Below are positions 46,861 through 61,425 of a stretch of 64,000 nt of DNA, piece after piece. The stretch lies in assembly GCF_009914755.1 (NCBI RefSeq), contig NC_060927.1; one strand, given 5' to 3'. The stretch is from the human T2T-CHM13v2.0 reference genome, Homo sapiens. The notes below the pieces were generated by a model that was not told where the DNA came from, searched no databases, and was given only the letters and a program-made list of their open reading frames with translations. The position numbers were made by a program, and so were the translations under genes. Every line of letters begins with the position of its first letter. Position 1 is the stretch's first letter.

Positions 46861-48480
46861 CTGGGAGCCCCAGTGGGCGCCTGGTGTCTCCCATCCCTCT
46901 TGTCTCCCACGCCCATGATCTCACTGGTGAGCAGCAGGGGGCTGGAACTGCCAGCAAAGACCTTGTCATCATCCCAGCTTTGAAGTCATTTAAGTAGATG
47001 CTTCTGAGTCGATCCAGGGAGCCACAGCTGACTTCCAGATCTTGTCCTCTTTGTTGATGTTTCTCCCTCAAAATGCAATTCATGAGGAGGTCCCAGGGTG
47101 AGAGCGTGTTTGCTTCTGGCGTGTTCTGGGGTAGAGGACAGCTCTCTGCCTGATGTTTGAGCCTCACGAGGAAGAGCATGGGAGATACCGTTCATCTCCT
47201 AAGGGTGAGGGGTCACCCTTCTGGAGTGAGGGGCCACGGGTCACAACTGAGGGCCACTCACAGTGCTTATGCAGAGGCCAGGCCAGGTGCCAACAGTGGG
47301 AGTGGGCTGTTTAGTGAGGGCTCCTTTGGAAGCCCAGAACTCACAAGTTGCCTCAAGGAAGTGGTGAGCATAAGGCTGCATGTGGATTGTGGGAGGCGGC
47401 AGGTGGTCCAGGAATGAGAAACCGCTCAGGCACCCCATCACTGCATCAACTGCACGTCTGCCATGGTCTCCCCCCATCTCCTCTATCTTTTCTGTTCCCT
47501 CATAATTTGAGGTGCCCCTTGGCTTTGGCTCACTGTGGCCTTGGCAACTTTATAATGTGCAAGCTGGCATGCTGTGTTCCCAGATCTTGGTTTAAAATCC
47601 TGTGAGTGTCTGATGGGCCCAGGGCTTCTCCTCAGGTGCAGGCAGAGGCTCCCACTAGCCCTCTGGTTGGGATGGGCCTAGCTGCTTATTCCTCAGCTGT
47701 GGAAGAGCTTGGCCCTTAGCATACTTGCCTGGACCTCAGTATCCTTCAGGGCATGTGGAAGACACAGATCTCTGCTGTCTCTCACCTGCCGAATCAGAAA
47801 CCCTTGCAGTGGGGCTTGGAACGTGTGTGTCACAAGCTTCCCAGTTGACTTGTGCCATCAGTCCCTGCACTGGCCAGAAGTCAGCTGCCTGGAATGCCTG
47901 GCTGGAAGGAGGGTGTGGGGAGTGCAAGGTCCTTAGGGGCAGGGTATGCTGGAGGGAGCCACAATGCTCCAGATTCCCAGGAACCGGTTGGGGAGCTCAG
48001 TCTAGGGCAGAAGCAAGGATCAGGCTCCCAGTATTGGCTGGAACAAGCTTGGGGGACCTGAAGATCCTTTCCATCAACTCTGCCACAAAGGAAAGGTGTG
48101 TTTAGCAGAATTCAGGGGCTTTCCTCTCCAAAGGGACAATGTGTCCATGCAACCTAAGTACCAGTGGTAGATGCTCTAATTTGAAAAAGCAGCTTCATTT
48201 CACTGTTTCTTCCTGGTACCTCCTGAGGGGCCTCTGGGTTAAGCGCCAAGCACTCTGCCAAAAGCCAGGCCCTCCGCTGCAGTTCCAGGAGGTACGGTGC
48301 TCTTGTGTGCACCACTTCTGCACCCTCAAGATTGTGTAGTACAGCCTCAAGTCCTCCCAGTCACTGCCCTTTTCCCGACAGCAGGGGCTGGGCTGTTCTA
48401 TTTGTCCTGGCATGTAGTGGATTCTGTGTGTGTTTGTTGAATGAGCTGCTGCATCACTCAGAGGCCACACGGTAGGATGA

Positions 48481-49017
<537 letters not shown>

Positions 49018-50658
49018 TCACATGCAATCCTGCTAGGTCAATCGGCCAAGCAGCGTGGGGAGGGCAGTGACACCCAGGCATCTATCCCTGCACCAGTGTT
49101 TATGAAGGGCCTGTGGTGTGCTGACCCTTAGCCGGAAGCTGGGCAGCAGTGGTGGGCAAGGCAGGTCCAGTTTCCACTCTCATGGAGGAAACAGAGTAAA
49201 CCAAGAATACATGCTTATGAAAATTCATAAATGCTTATGAAAATCCAGATATAGAACAAAGTTGGAGAATATGATAAGGGAGGGAGGTCAGCTGCTGCAG
49301 TGGTCCCCTTTGGGGGAGGGGCATTTAAGTGAGACCTAAATGATGAGGCAGAGGGAGCCATGTGAAGATCTAGGGGAAGAGCGAGTCAGTGGGGACCAAC
49401 AGGCAAGCCCATGGCTGGCAGGGCTGGGGATCATGGAGGGCAGAGTGGGGGTGGTGAGGCTCAGGGGTCAGCAGCAGGGAGACACCAACATGTCTTTCCA
49501 TCTTTTAGACTTCAGTCATTCCACTATTTTTTTTAAAAGTTATACACAATCTCATTTTAAAAAAGTAATTCTTACTACCAGTCTCTTTTCCACTGGGACA
49601 GGTCTCCCCGCTGCTAAAAAATGGCATGTTGTTGGAACTTTGGTCAGGGTGGCCTTTGGTTGAGGTGGATATGGCCATTTGCATTTTACAGACAAGTTAA
49701 TTGAGGCCCAGAAAGGTTGAGAGACTCGCCCAGGGTTGCACCATGAGTGGTAGAGCTGATTTGAACCTCCATCTTGTGCTTTTCCGTCTTGCCATTGCTC
49801 CAGAAAACTGAATTCCAGGCTTTTTAAGAAAGCATAGAGTTCCCTGGGTCTACTAAGAACCATCTGGCAGTCCAGCCAAGAAAAGGGGCCTCTGTAAAGC
49901 AGTGAACTCAGCGTGAGCTTCGGTAAGTCTCAACTCTGTCCTGTTCTTGGGCAGGGCATTTGTGTTTCAGTCTTCCCTACCTGGGGCAAGTGAGTGACCC
50001 AGGGCTTGGAGCCCACCCCGACCTCTGTAGCTGTGACATATGTCCCCCGCCTTGTCCATCATGCTGCAGCCTCTCCACATTCTTGGCTGGACCCTGGGAA
50101 GGGCAGCACCAGGGCAGGGCTCTGCTTGGGTAAGCTCTGGCTTCCCCTTTTGTCACCTGGGGTGGTGGAGCTCAAGCTGGCCTGGGCCCTTGTCACCACC
50201 ATGCTGCGCAAGCCACCCAGGAGAGAAGTGGTGAATTGTGGGCTTGTATTTCCTTTTTGGCTGACACAGGCAACCTCCCTTGGATATTTAAGGTGTTCTG
50301 CCACAGTGGACTGTTCAGATATGTGAAAGTTAAAAAAGCATACTCAACCTGAACTGAGTTGTACCCAGAGTCTGGTGTGGGATTATAAAAGGCAGGAGGC
50401 GGACAGGTCCTGGAAAGAGCACTTGTCTGGGAGCCAGGAAACCTGGCCCAGTGGGCTCCAGCTTGCCCACTTGCTCTGTGACCTCGGGGAAGTCAGCTCC
50501 TCTCTTTGTGCCTCAGTTTCTCCACTGCAAGGAGGGGATTGGATAAGATGACCTCAAGTGGTCTCCATCATTCTGCAGTCTCTGAGATGGAGGGACTGGG
50601 CATCTGGATTTTTTGGATGACAAACACTTTACACTGTGGTGCTACATCAGCTCCACAT

Positions 50659-50860
50659 CTGCCCTATCCAATGTGGGAGCCACTAGCCCTAACCATATGT
50701 GGTCGTTTAATTAAAATCAAATAAAGTTAAATGTTCAGTTACTTGGTTGTGCTAGCCGCATCCAAATGCTCCACAGACACGGCTCGTGGCTGCCCTATTG
50801 GATGAGCCCATGTAAACCATTCCGACCGCGGCTCAAAGTTCTACTGGATGGGGCTGCTTT
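50659..50860. mobile_element. MER3-like hAT DNA transposon
   Basis: ctgccctatccaatgtgggagccactagcc...gtggctgccctattggat...aaagttctactggatggggctg. Confidence 0.65.
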
Positions 50861-52137
50861 AGAGCCACTGGAGAGGGCTGAGGAGCCCCAGAGAGAGAGC
50901 ACAGGCCTCTGTTTCTGCCATGGGACTTCTTCTGGGCCAGTGGTCAGCAGAGTGGCTCCAGGGCCCAGGGAGTGAGTTCAAGTGGGGGTGGGGGTAGGAG
51001 AAAGATTTAGCCCAGATACCAGCCAATGAGTGTCAGGCTGCAGGACCAGAAAACCTTAGGCGAATGTCAAAGGTCTTTGGTGGTGGGGGGTAGCCACTGA
51101 CAGGAGGTATGCCAGGAATGCTGAGGAGGGCCTGGGGGACAGCAGGGGCCAGGAGCTCTGCGGGGGGAGGGGCAGCTGTGCAGAACACAGTGGCAGTTCT
51201 GCAGCAGGCCTCTTGCTAGCTCTGTGTCCTTGGGGACGTCCCTGAGCCTGCTGAGCCTCCATTTCTTTGTGGGTGAAATGGGAAAAATAAGAAAGAGGGC
51301 TGTTATGGAGATGAAATAAAGCAAAACCTGTGAAAGCCCCTTGTAAATCGCAAAGGCCTGGACGGCGTTAGGGGCTACTTCATATGGCACTATTATTTAT
51401 CTCAGCTTGTAATCCTAGACTGTCCTCAGTTATGATTTTAAGGTTCTGGGGTGTCCATCCTGTCTTTCTGATGGGGCTGTAGACCATTTAGAGAAGGAGA
51501 CCAGCCATGTCCCTCCTGTATCCCCAACAGCCATGAACAGTGCTGGTGGCTGCCGCATGGGGAGCACACGTCTTTCTCTTTTCCTCCTGACCTGGTGGCC
51601 TTTCACCAGGCCATATTCCTGCCCCAAGAGTTGTTGAACACATTCCTTGTCCCTGACACATGTGTGCATCTGGCTGGGTCTGGTTGTCATTTGCTGAACC
51701 CATGGCCCATCGTGAGCCCCACCACATGAAAACAATTCGGGGGCAGAGGTCAAAAGCCAGAGCTGGGCTTTGCCAGGTCTCCCAGGGAGTGCGCCTGGCA
51801 GGAGGTAGCCCAGTGCCAGGCTGCATCAGGCGGCCCCTCCCCAGGCTGGGCCAGGCTCTCATCTGCATCCATGGTTGGGAGGTGGCATTTCTGGCTGACT
51901 TATTGATGATGGATTGTCTGCTACACTCTAGCCCTGGGTGGGTTCATTGCTCAGGTCTGGCTTTGGCTTTTCGTGAGGTCCACACCACAGACATGCAGAA
52001 CACAGAGAGGAGTTTGAGCCCTGCCAGATAAACTTTTTCTGTCACAGAACTGCTGTGCTTTCCAGCAATATAGGCGGTGAAGAAAAGCCAAAGTAACCAT
52101 TTGATGATTATCTCCTTGCCCCAACCCAGGTGCTATG

Positions 52138-52174
<37 letters not shown>
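52138..52174. repeat. (TATC)9 microsatellite
   Basis: Read directly from the sequence. Confidence 0.97.
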
Positions 52175-52177
<3 letters not shown>

Positions 52178-52374
52178 CATTAAATCCTTTTAGCCCCATG
52201 TGTGAAGTGTTAATAATATCCCCATTTCACAGATGGGGAAACTGAGGCTGTGAACGGCTGAAAGGTTTCAGGGCCAGAACTAGAATTTGGACTCTAGTCT
52301 GCCTGATTTCAGGCTCAAAGCGTCCCTTTCAGAATGTCCTGAGGGCTCTTTTCTTCCCCTGCTGTCTTCACTCT

Positions 52375-52700
52375 GACCATGATGAGCTGCACCAGGCTTT
52401 CTAAATATCTGAAACGCTCTACGCCATCCCTGCTTTCTTTGTTTGGCCTCAGCGTGGTGATCTGGGCTTCCTCAGATTTGGGTTTAAGGCCAGGTTTTGC
52501 TGAGCTGTGTGACCTGTGTCCACCATGGACCTCCCCAGACCATGATGAGCTGCACCAGGCTTTCTAAGTATCTGAAATGCTCTAGGCCATCTCTGCTTTC
52601 TTTCTTTGGCCTCAACGTGGTGATCTGGGCTTCCTTAGATTTGGGTTTAAGGCCAGGTTTTGCTGAGCTGTGTGACCTGTGTCCACCACAGGTCCCCCCA
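52375..52700. repeat. 163-bp tandem duplication, 2 copies
   Basis: Copies start GACCATGATGAGCTGCACCAGG at 52375 and 52538; about 7 substitutions in the first 150 bp. Confidence 0.95.
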
Positions 52701-54755
52701 GGTGCCCTCACTAGAGTGGGGGTGCCTGGCCAGCTTATTTGATGGAGGAGATAGAGGGCTAGAGTGCCACGTGCATGGCTTCCCCGGCTGGTTTGGAGGG
52801 CCCATGGGGACTGTGTACTGTGACTTTTCCAAGGAGACAATCACTGTTGTCTCCACACTGCCACCCCCCCACCCTCTGTAGAGCCCTGGATGGTGCCCCT
52901 TATGGTCCCAGGGCGTGTCCAGCAGAAGATATGAGAAAGGCCCCTGCCCCACTTGGGGCTTAGCTCTGCCCCTTTCTCTGGGCAGGGCCAGGGAGGTGAC
53001 CCTTTTGTGTGGCACCCAGCACCAGAACCTGCTTCTCCACCTCCCCCAGCAGAGGAGTGCGACCTCCCAGCCCTCAGTGCAGCCTCCACATCCCCCGGCG
53101 GGCAAGTCTCTGCCTCCATGCTTCTGCTTGTGCTGTGCTCCCTGCCTGATGCTGGCCCACTTCTCCACCTGTCTAAAGCTATCCTTTCTGGAGGCTCCGA
53201 GCAATGCCACCTTGGTTTCTAAAGTCCTCTTTAATGACCTTAGTCCATATTGCCCATTCTGTTCTGTGCTGCTGGAGCACATTTGCGGTGGTGAAGGGGG
53301 TCTGTGGGGTCTTTATAAGGCATGGCCCCTTCTTAGTGAGCAATCCTCACAGGCCTTTTTCTGAGACTCCTCGTTTGACTCTGGCCCCTGCTTACCTCCC
53401 TCCCCTCTGAACTCCAGAACCCTCTGGAGGCCCTGCAGGGTAGAGGGGAAAGACTCTGAAGTTGGGCAGAAAGCCTGGGCTTGCCTCACAGCTCTGCCAC
53501 TGCAGGCTGTGGGACTCTGCTCTTTGGCGTCATCATCTGTAGAATGCGGCTAATAATGGCAGAGCGAGGTGGATGAGGCCGCAGTGTGGGAAGCCCGGCG
53601 TCGCTGGGTAGAGCTCATGTGGATTTACTTCCTCTCCCAGAGAGTAACAGCATCTGATGCAGACCCAGGGAGACAGTAGGCACACGATAAATACTTCTTG
53701 ACTTTTTTAATGCTTTCTTTTGTGATGTTTCTTTTAAAAGCAACCTAAGGCACTCTATGGCCTGGAGCAGAAGCATAGGGCTTGCTCAGCCTCTGAAGGG
53801 GCCTCTAACCGTCCCTTCCCTCCACCTCCCCCACACCCCTCTCCTGGCCTCTCCTTGCCCTCACCCTCATGCCGCCTGGGTGGCTGCACTGGCCTATAAA
53901 TCAAACGGGTCCCTGGAGACCTTTGACCCAAACCAGATGGCTGTACTATGCCAGCACAGAGTAAGCTTAGCTTCCAACAATGCTTGGCCCCCCTCCCCCT
54001 GCCTGCCCTGGGGCTTGGAACATTTTTAGGCAGCTGCCCTGTCAATCACAAACACTTGGTGATCCCAGCCCGGGCAGCAGCTGGAGGCTGTGACCTCTCC
54101 AAGACTTCAGGGACCATCTTGGAGATATTCCATTAAGCCATATAAAGATCTCTGGAGGGTCTGTGGTGTCTACTTGTTATGGCACAGGCATTAACCTGGA
54201 CCAATAGACCAAGCTGGCATTCCCTGTGCTGCTATCTCTCCCTCCTCCTCCTCCAAGAAGCTTTTCTGCACTACGGCAGCTGCTGGAGCTTCTATAGCTC
54301 AGAATGTCTGACCCCTCCAGATGCTCATTCATACCTTGTTCATTCTTTCTGCAAACATTTACTGTGCTTCATCTGCCTGGGCCCATGGGGAAGATCAGAC
54401 ACTGCCCTTGTGCCAGTAAGTCCGAAAGACAGCTATGGATACAGAATTGTAGGAATTGGTGATAGGGGTTGTAATTGAGCAGGAAGGCCAGGGCACTGTG
54501 GGAACTCAAGATGGATGCACTGCAGTGTCAGAATCCAGGACAGCTTTCCAGAGAGGAGTGCTTGAGCCGAGTCTTGGAGGATGGGTTGGCATTTGCCAAA
54601 TAGATAGGGTGGCAGAAGGGTGCTTCAGATAGAAGGAATAGCATGTGGAAGGAAGGTACAGGCACAGGATGGGAACCAGCTTGATGGATTCAGGGACCTG
54701 CAAGTTGGACAGCATGCTGGAAGTACACCTAGGGGAGAAAATGAGGAGTTGGAAC

Positions 54756-55170
54756 TGTATCAGTGAGAATTAGATCTGCTTGTTTGCAACCAAAAATGCC
54801 TAATACTATGGGCTTAAACAAGAATTTCTCTCTCATGGAAGAGAAGTCTGGAAGCAGGCAGTGCAAGGATGTTGTGGGGCTCCATGATCACTGCCCCAGG
54901 CTCCTTCTGCCTGCTGCTCCACCTTCCTACCTTGTGGCTTCCATTCCCATAGGTACCTCATTGTCTGGAATGGCTGCTAGAGCTTCAGCCATTGCACCCA
55001 CATTCCAGGCAGCAGAATGGAAGAGCTAAAGGAGGGCACGTGACTCATCTTTTAAAAGATTTTTCTGAAATGCCTTACTATGCTTCTGTGCATAGCCCAA
55101 TGGCCAGAACACTATCACATGACCACTTCTAGTGCAAGGAAGCTGAGAGATACAGTTCTGATCAGTAGGT
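54756..55170 (-). mobile_element. Old MaLR/ERVL LTR (MLT1J/K-like)
   Basis: tgtatcagt...atgggcttaaacaagaatttctctctcatg...aagtctggaagcaggcagt. Confidence 0.55.
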
Positions 55171-55819
55171 GCTGCCTAGAGCACTGTTCTGCAAAGGATT
55201 CTGCAGCCCAATCTTACGTCTGTGGGAAAGAACACTGTGATCAATTAATGATGCCTCCCTTTGGTGTGGGTGTGGAGCCAATAGCATGTGTCTTGCTGGT
55301 CTTCTGCCAGAAGGTCCCCTCCCTAGGGATTCCCAAGGTTTGGTGCAGCTCCTGCAAACAGAGCTGGCACATGGCCAGCCATCCCCCAAAGCCCCAAAGC
55401 AGAGCGGAATTTAGGTGAAGGGTTTCTTGGTGCTCTGCAGTCTGATTTTATTTCTGATCTGCAGCCTCCTTAAGGCATCCATTGCCCTTCAGCAGGGCTT
55501 GAGTCTGCAGAATGGTCTGTGTGGTTGGAGCATGAATTAGGAGGAAAGAAGGAAATACAATGTCACTAATGTAGCTGCAGCCTCATCCCCTGGTGAGAGG
55601 TTTTCCAAAATGCAGTAATACAGAAAGAATTTAAGGGAAGTTCTGAGCCATTTTATTTTCACACCTGGAAATGCATTGTCTTTTGGTTTAATTTCACTCC
55701 TGCTGTGTGTCACAGCCCAGGGTTTCCTTAGCTGTGAAAGGGGGTAATACTACCTTCCTTGAAGGGTTTTTGAGAGGATCACATGAAATAAAAGAGGGCA
55801 AAGCAGGTGGGAGACACAG

Positions 55820-56470
55820 AGGGTAGCAATTAGGTGCAGAGTTTATGTTCAAACTGCCTGGGTTCCAGTCTTAGCTTTCCTGCTTGCTTGCTGTGTGATC
55901 CTGCATCTGTTAATTAACCTCTCTGTGCTTCAGTTTCCTTGCCTGTAAAATGGAGATGATGATAATAGTGCCCACCTTATGGGGCTGTTTTGAGGCCTGT
56001 ACATATGACATATACATAAACATCTTAAGACCTGGCACACAGTGTGGACGTGTAAGTGGTAATGGCTCTTTGGCCATGGTACAGTATTTGGATCCAACAG
56101 GTCTGGGATAAGATCCAGGGTAAATTACTCTTCTAAGCCCCAGTTTCTTTATTTGAAACAAGGATAATGTGACTTGCCTTGCAGAGTGAGGATTACTGAC
56201 AGAATAACTGTAAAGTCCTGACACATAGGACATACGCAATAAGTTAGAACTATGGTGAAGATTATAAAATGATACCGTGTCCCAGGCTCTGTTATCAGCA
56301 CTTTATATGTGTCACCTCTTTTATCTCATAAGAACACTATAGAGGCAGGTGGTGTTAACATTCCTCTTGGGGAAACTGAGGCATAGAGGCTTGCCCAAGG
56401 TCACGTAGCTGGTAAGAAAGGAAGCTGAGAGTTGATCTCCTGGGTCAGCTGATCCAGAGCCTGTGCTATC
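55820..56470. mobile_element. Cluster of MIR elements in both orientations
   Basis: Cores cttcagtttccttgcctgtaaaatggaga and ggggaaactgaggcatagagg. Confidence 0.7.
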
Positions 56471-57939
56471 CTGCTTGGGAACACTGATTCTGCAGAGGAG
56501 CAGGCCCTGCGTTTAAGAGCAGAGGGAAGGGGATAAAGGTGGCCCAGAGCTTCAGGGCCAGCTGCCTGGAAGATGACACGCGCACAGCACAGAGGACTAG
56601 GGCTTCTGAGCCTTCACAGCCAGATTTGCATGCAGGACCCCGACCCTTATTCAGGAGGATGAGCTCTCTGAGCCTATCTTGAAGGGGGCTGTCCTTCTGG
56701 GGCTGGCGTAGCAGGCAGTGTGCACAGTAGTATGGCTGCAGTAGGTTGACTGGCCGGAAGGAGACCTCTAGGAGGCCTGGAGCATGAGGCTGCAGAATTT
56801 AGACTTCCTGTAGGCAGTGGGAGCTGTGTGACAGTCTGACGGAGCATGATGAAAGCCAGGTGTTAGGAGGATTCTCCTTTAGTGAAGTGGTAGGAAGCAC
56901 CAGGGGGCCTTGGACAGACAAAATTGAAGAAGGTGGAGGGAGGCAGGCCACATAGGGAGGTAACCCAGGAAGAGGGTCCCAGTATGGGGTAAAATGTCCA
57001 GCATGTGCTGGGGGAGCCCCCAGTTGTAGGGTCCCAGTGACGTCAGGCACTGTGGCAGCTGCTTTACATCCATGATCTCATTTGATCCTTAAATAGTCCT
57101 GGGAAGTGTGTGTGATGTACCCATTTTCCAGATGAGCAAACAGCCTCGGAAGGTCAAGTGGTGGCTTGAGGTTGCAAGGCCAGGGAGTGGCAGAGCTGGA
57201 CCAGGGCCCAGGGCTGCATACCAAGCCACAGAGTCCTGCATTCCCCACGTGCCCACCAAGGCAAATGCGGGCAGGGCAGAGGAGGAATGGGAGGGGATGA
57301 TGGCAATTGTCTCTAGTCGCCTGTGAGGAGTTGCTGCCGGATGCGTTCTGGCCTTGTCTGTGGTAGGGGTGGGGAGTGGTGAGATGCTTCTGTACTTTAC
57401 AACCTTAAATGATAGACTTTTCTTTAGGAAACAAAAGTTTGGTTGGGCTCAGTGAGCAGGAAAATGGAAGTGACCCTTGAGCGGAGATTTAAAGCCCTGT
57501 TGGCCATTTAGGCAGCACTGTGTTTAACAGCTGAGACACAGCATCAGGGTGATAACTCCGCAGTGTGCTGTGGGGTGGGGAATGGCCCAAGGGGGTCTCT
57601 CTGCTCTCTGAGTTCCATCTGGTCCTGAAACTCCTTCCCCCAGGGCTCTCTTGGAAATGGACCCAGGAGCTACCCACACCTTCCCCTGGACTGCAGAAGC
57701 TGTTAGTGCTGGCTTCAAGGGAAGTTGTTGCCAGCGGTACACAGGGACACAGAAAAGGGCGCACAGTTAAATGTACTGCGTACATCCATGCTACAAAGAA
57801 TAATGCTGGAAGGTATATTCCAAACAGGCTATTGACGATTACTTCTAGGTGGCAGGATAAGACGTGAATTTTCCTGCGTCTTTGCGCTTTTATGTACTTC
57901 CAAATCAACACATACAAAAGGATATAACTGTGAAAATTC

Positions 57940-58400
57940 TAAAGTGCCTCTATCCCCACTTCCTAGCAGACTCTTGGGGTGCCCCCACCACATCCTCTCA
58001 GCTCAACTGGTTAGGTACTGCTGTGGGCATCAGTCAGTTTTGCTTTCTCCTAAGCTGCAGGTAGCCACTCAGCCGGATGCAGGCAGCACCGGGATGTGCA
58101 GGGGAGTTAACACCCTTGGGGATACCCCTCAATGACTCGGAGACAGGAGTCCATGGTTAAGTGCCCCCAGCTCCCCAGCCTCCAGGGAGACAGTTCTGAG
58201 GTCCATCCTACATAGATGCTCAGAGCATCCTAGTGAATGAGCCCAGGATGCCCACAGCAGTATGCAGCTCATTCACACATTCTCTCTACTCTTCCTCCCT
58301 TCCCTGTCTCACTTTCTCCGTCTCTCATTTTCATCTCCTGAGATCCTCCCACAAAGCTATCTGCACCCACATCTTTGTCTCAGGAACCCAAACCAAGGCC
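57940..58400 (+). mobile_element. LTR16-like ERVL LTR
   Basis: ggggagttaacacccttgggg...gagacagttctgagg...tgtctcaggaacccaaaccaag. Confidence 0.55.
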
Positions 58401-59729
58401 CAATCTGACCAATTTCTCATAGAGCTCCACAGATATATTCTAGGCATATATAAGCACATCTGTGTCCATATCCAAACACTGATATATACACTTTCTTTTT
58501 CACAGAGTACAAACGGGGCCACACTGAACTTACCAGTGTGCAACTCGCTTCCTTCATGATTGAATGAAACATTGCAGGAGGAATTTCAGGCCAAGGAGCC
58601 CTTCCTGGCAGCGTCAATCCTGCTTAGGGGGTCATCCCCATCCTCCAAGTTTGGGACCAACCCAAGCCAGAGGCTACTGGTCCTTAAGGAAGGGGTGTGT
58701 GTGACAAGTTTTTGCTCTCTTCAGGTGGACGAGGGTCCAAACACTGGCTGACCTTTCCCCATCTGCACCGGGAGGCCAGACCAGGATGGGGATTTGCAGC
58801 CACAAAGATTGGCCAAAACGGTTCCAGCCCATACGTCCAGCAGGAGTAGAACAGTGCAGTAAGGACCCCAGGTGCCCACAGACCTCAGAAAGGATACACA
58901 GGACACAGAGGAGTCAGGGAGTGAAAGGAGGGCTGTGCAGAGGAGGTAACACTCTGAGTCCTGAAATCTGGGTATTTGCCTAGTGGAGTAGAGCCTGGAG
59001 GAGAAGGAGGGGCCTAGCAGGAAGGCAAGGCAGGCCAGAGGCCAGCTTGAACAAAGGTGGAGGGAGGAGATGAGTGTGGGGCAGGTAAGACAGTGAGCAG
59101 AGGTGGTGTTTTCAACGTCTTGGCCTGTAGTTTTCCTGAATGGCAATGAAGCATTTTATCAGATTTTCGCAGCCAGGCCTGTGCCAGCAGCCTCAGGGTT
59201 GGGAACCAGATGAGATGATGGACACATTTGGACAGAACCTCTTACCTTATTCTTTGGGGAAATTTGTCAAAAGCCAGTTATCTTTGCAAAACCAATTTTC
59301 AGGGATTTCACAGAAATCATTTCACAATTTTTGGGTGTTGACAGCTCTGCCATTAATCAGCTAGGGTGACCTTGGGAAAGTCACTCTAGGTCCTGCTTTA
59401 GAATTGCTTTTTTTGTTGTTTTGAAAGCAGCTGATAAAATCTTGCAGTGGGGTGGGGAGATCTAGGAACACTTGTCTTGGTTGGTGTTGGCCACTCCCTC
59501 CCTCCCCCGTCCCTTGTGTTTTTGCTCCTGCCTCCCTTACAGACCACTTATAAATGAAGGGAAATGCTAAGCAGAACAATTCTTTCTCATCCCCTCTTCT
59601 CTCCCTCTCTTCTCCTGCTTCCCAGTTTGGGAATGTATTAATATGTTGGTGTTAGCCCAGAATTTAAACTCCCAATTCTACCACCATGTGTCCATGAGAA
59701 AGTCCATTTTTAAATTAACTGAATCTGCA

Positions 59730-60790
59730 CATATTAATTGAGTACCTACTACATGCCAAGCACTATTCCAGGCACTGAGGACACAAAACAGCAGGGACAA
59801 AACGGACAAAAGTCTCTGTCCTCATGAAGCTTATATTTTAGTAGGTGGAGACAGAAAATCAGTCAGTAAATGAACAGTAAAGTGTTAGCTAATGATAAGT
59901 ACTGTGGAGAAAAATAAAATAGGAAAGGAGCTGGAGTGTGTTGGAGGAGGCTGGGGCTTGCAATTTTAAATAAGATGGTTGAGAAACTCGTGGAGAAAGT
60001 GACATTTAAGCAAAAAAAACTTGAAAGAGGGGAGGGAGTGAGCTATGTGGGTATCTCTGGGGAGGGTTATCCAGGCAGCAGAAACAGCATGTACAAAGGC
60101 TCTGTGGTACATGTGTTAGAACCCAAGAGCAAGGGAGAGAGGAGCAGGGCCTGAGACCAGAGCGAAACCGGGCACAGAGGTTAGCCGATCAAGGATGACG
60201 TTTGGCTTTTTCTCTGAGTGAGACGGGGAGTCACTACAGACTTTTGAGAAGAAGGGTGGCATGATTTGCCTAGGTTTTAAAAGGATCACTTTAACTGCAA
60301 TCTTGAAAATAGACCGTAGAGGGGCCAGGGCAGAAGTAAGGAGGCCAGCTAGGAAGGAGGCTATTTCAATTAAGGTAAGAGATGCTGGTGGCTTGGATCA
60401 GGATGGCAGCAGTGAAGATGGTGAGAAGTAGTTGGATGCTGGATTTATTTTGAAAGTGAAGCCAACATAATTTGCTGTAAAGGATAAGAAAAGAGTCAAG
60501 GATAACTCCACGGTTTTGGGCCCAAGTGACTGGAAGGATGGAGGGGCCATTCACCAAGATGGGCAAGACTGTGGGTTGGGGAGTGGCCAGCAGGGGCTCA
60601 GATTTGGACATGCTATGGTTGAGATGCCCATCGGACATCCATGAGGAGGTTCTGTGTGGACAGAGGTCAAGCATACAGATTTTTAAAATAGCCATGATGT
60701 AGCATGAAATCCCCTGGCGAAGGAGGGTGGCTACTGAAGAGAAGAGGTCCCAGCACCAAGCCCTTGGGCACTGTAATGCTTAGAAACCAA
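59730..60790 (-). mobile_element. L2 (L2a-like), about 1 kb
   Basis: attgagtacctactacatgccaagcactattccaggcactgagga...ttttaaaaggatcact...tggcttggatcaggatggcagcagtgaagatggtgagaagt. Confidence 0.85.
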
Positions 60791-61380
60791 GGCTCAGTTT
60801 CTGCTTCTGTAAAATAGGGATAAAAGCCATAACCACCTCGTGAGCATTGTCATGGAGATTAGTGAGACAGTCCATGTAATAAAGTGCATACAGTAAGAGT
60901 ACCAAAAACATGAGTTTCTATTAATGACAGAAATTATTGTTTCAACAAGCATGATGCTGTCTACTTATAAGTGCTTTTCAACTTTTGAATCTGTTTTCTA
61001 TTATTTTTGACCGTCAAAACTGTCCTGAGCAATAAGGCAGGACATAATCCTTCCCATCTGACAAGTGAGAACCCTGAGTTCAGAGAGTGTAAGGGAAGTG
61101 CCCAGATCTCCACCACATGTTGGTGACAGAGCCAGGGCTGTCATGGAAACCCCAGACTCCTGCTCCTCTGATCTCTCTGCCACAGCCTGTAAATGCTGAC
61201 AAATGACTTAATTAAAGTAGTGCAGGTGCTGTTTGCCAGCAGTAATGTGGACGCTGACTTCGCTCAGGATAGCCCAATGGCACTGCCCACTACAGGTGGT
61301 ACCAGGGGCCCGGGTTCATGCTAAAAATGGCCAGGGAACACAGGCTGCAACCTACAGAGGTGGTGACAGGGCAGAGAGAC

Positions 61381-61425
61381 TTCCTTTTGTCAGACAGTTT
61401 CCTTTTGTCAGACAGTTTCCTTTTG
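61381..61425. repeat. 18-bp tandem repeat, 2.5 copies
   Basis: Unit TTCCTTTTGTCAGACAGT. Confidence 0.9.

Noticed and set aside
52375-53364. Repeated-peptide ORFs and the 211-aa and 149-aa ORFs
   Set aside because: The repeated peptides come from the 163-bp DNA duplication; no domain similarity or convincing exon structure.
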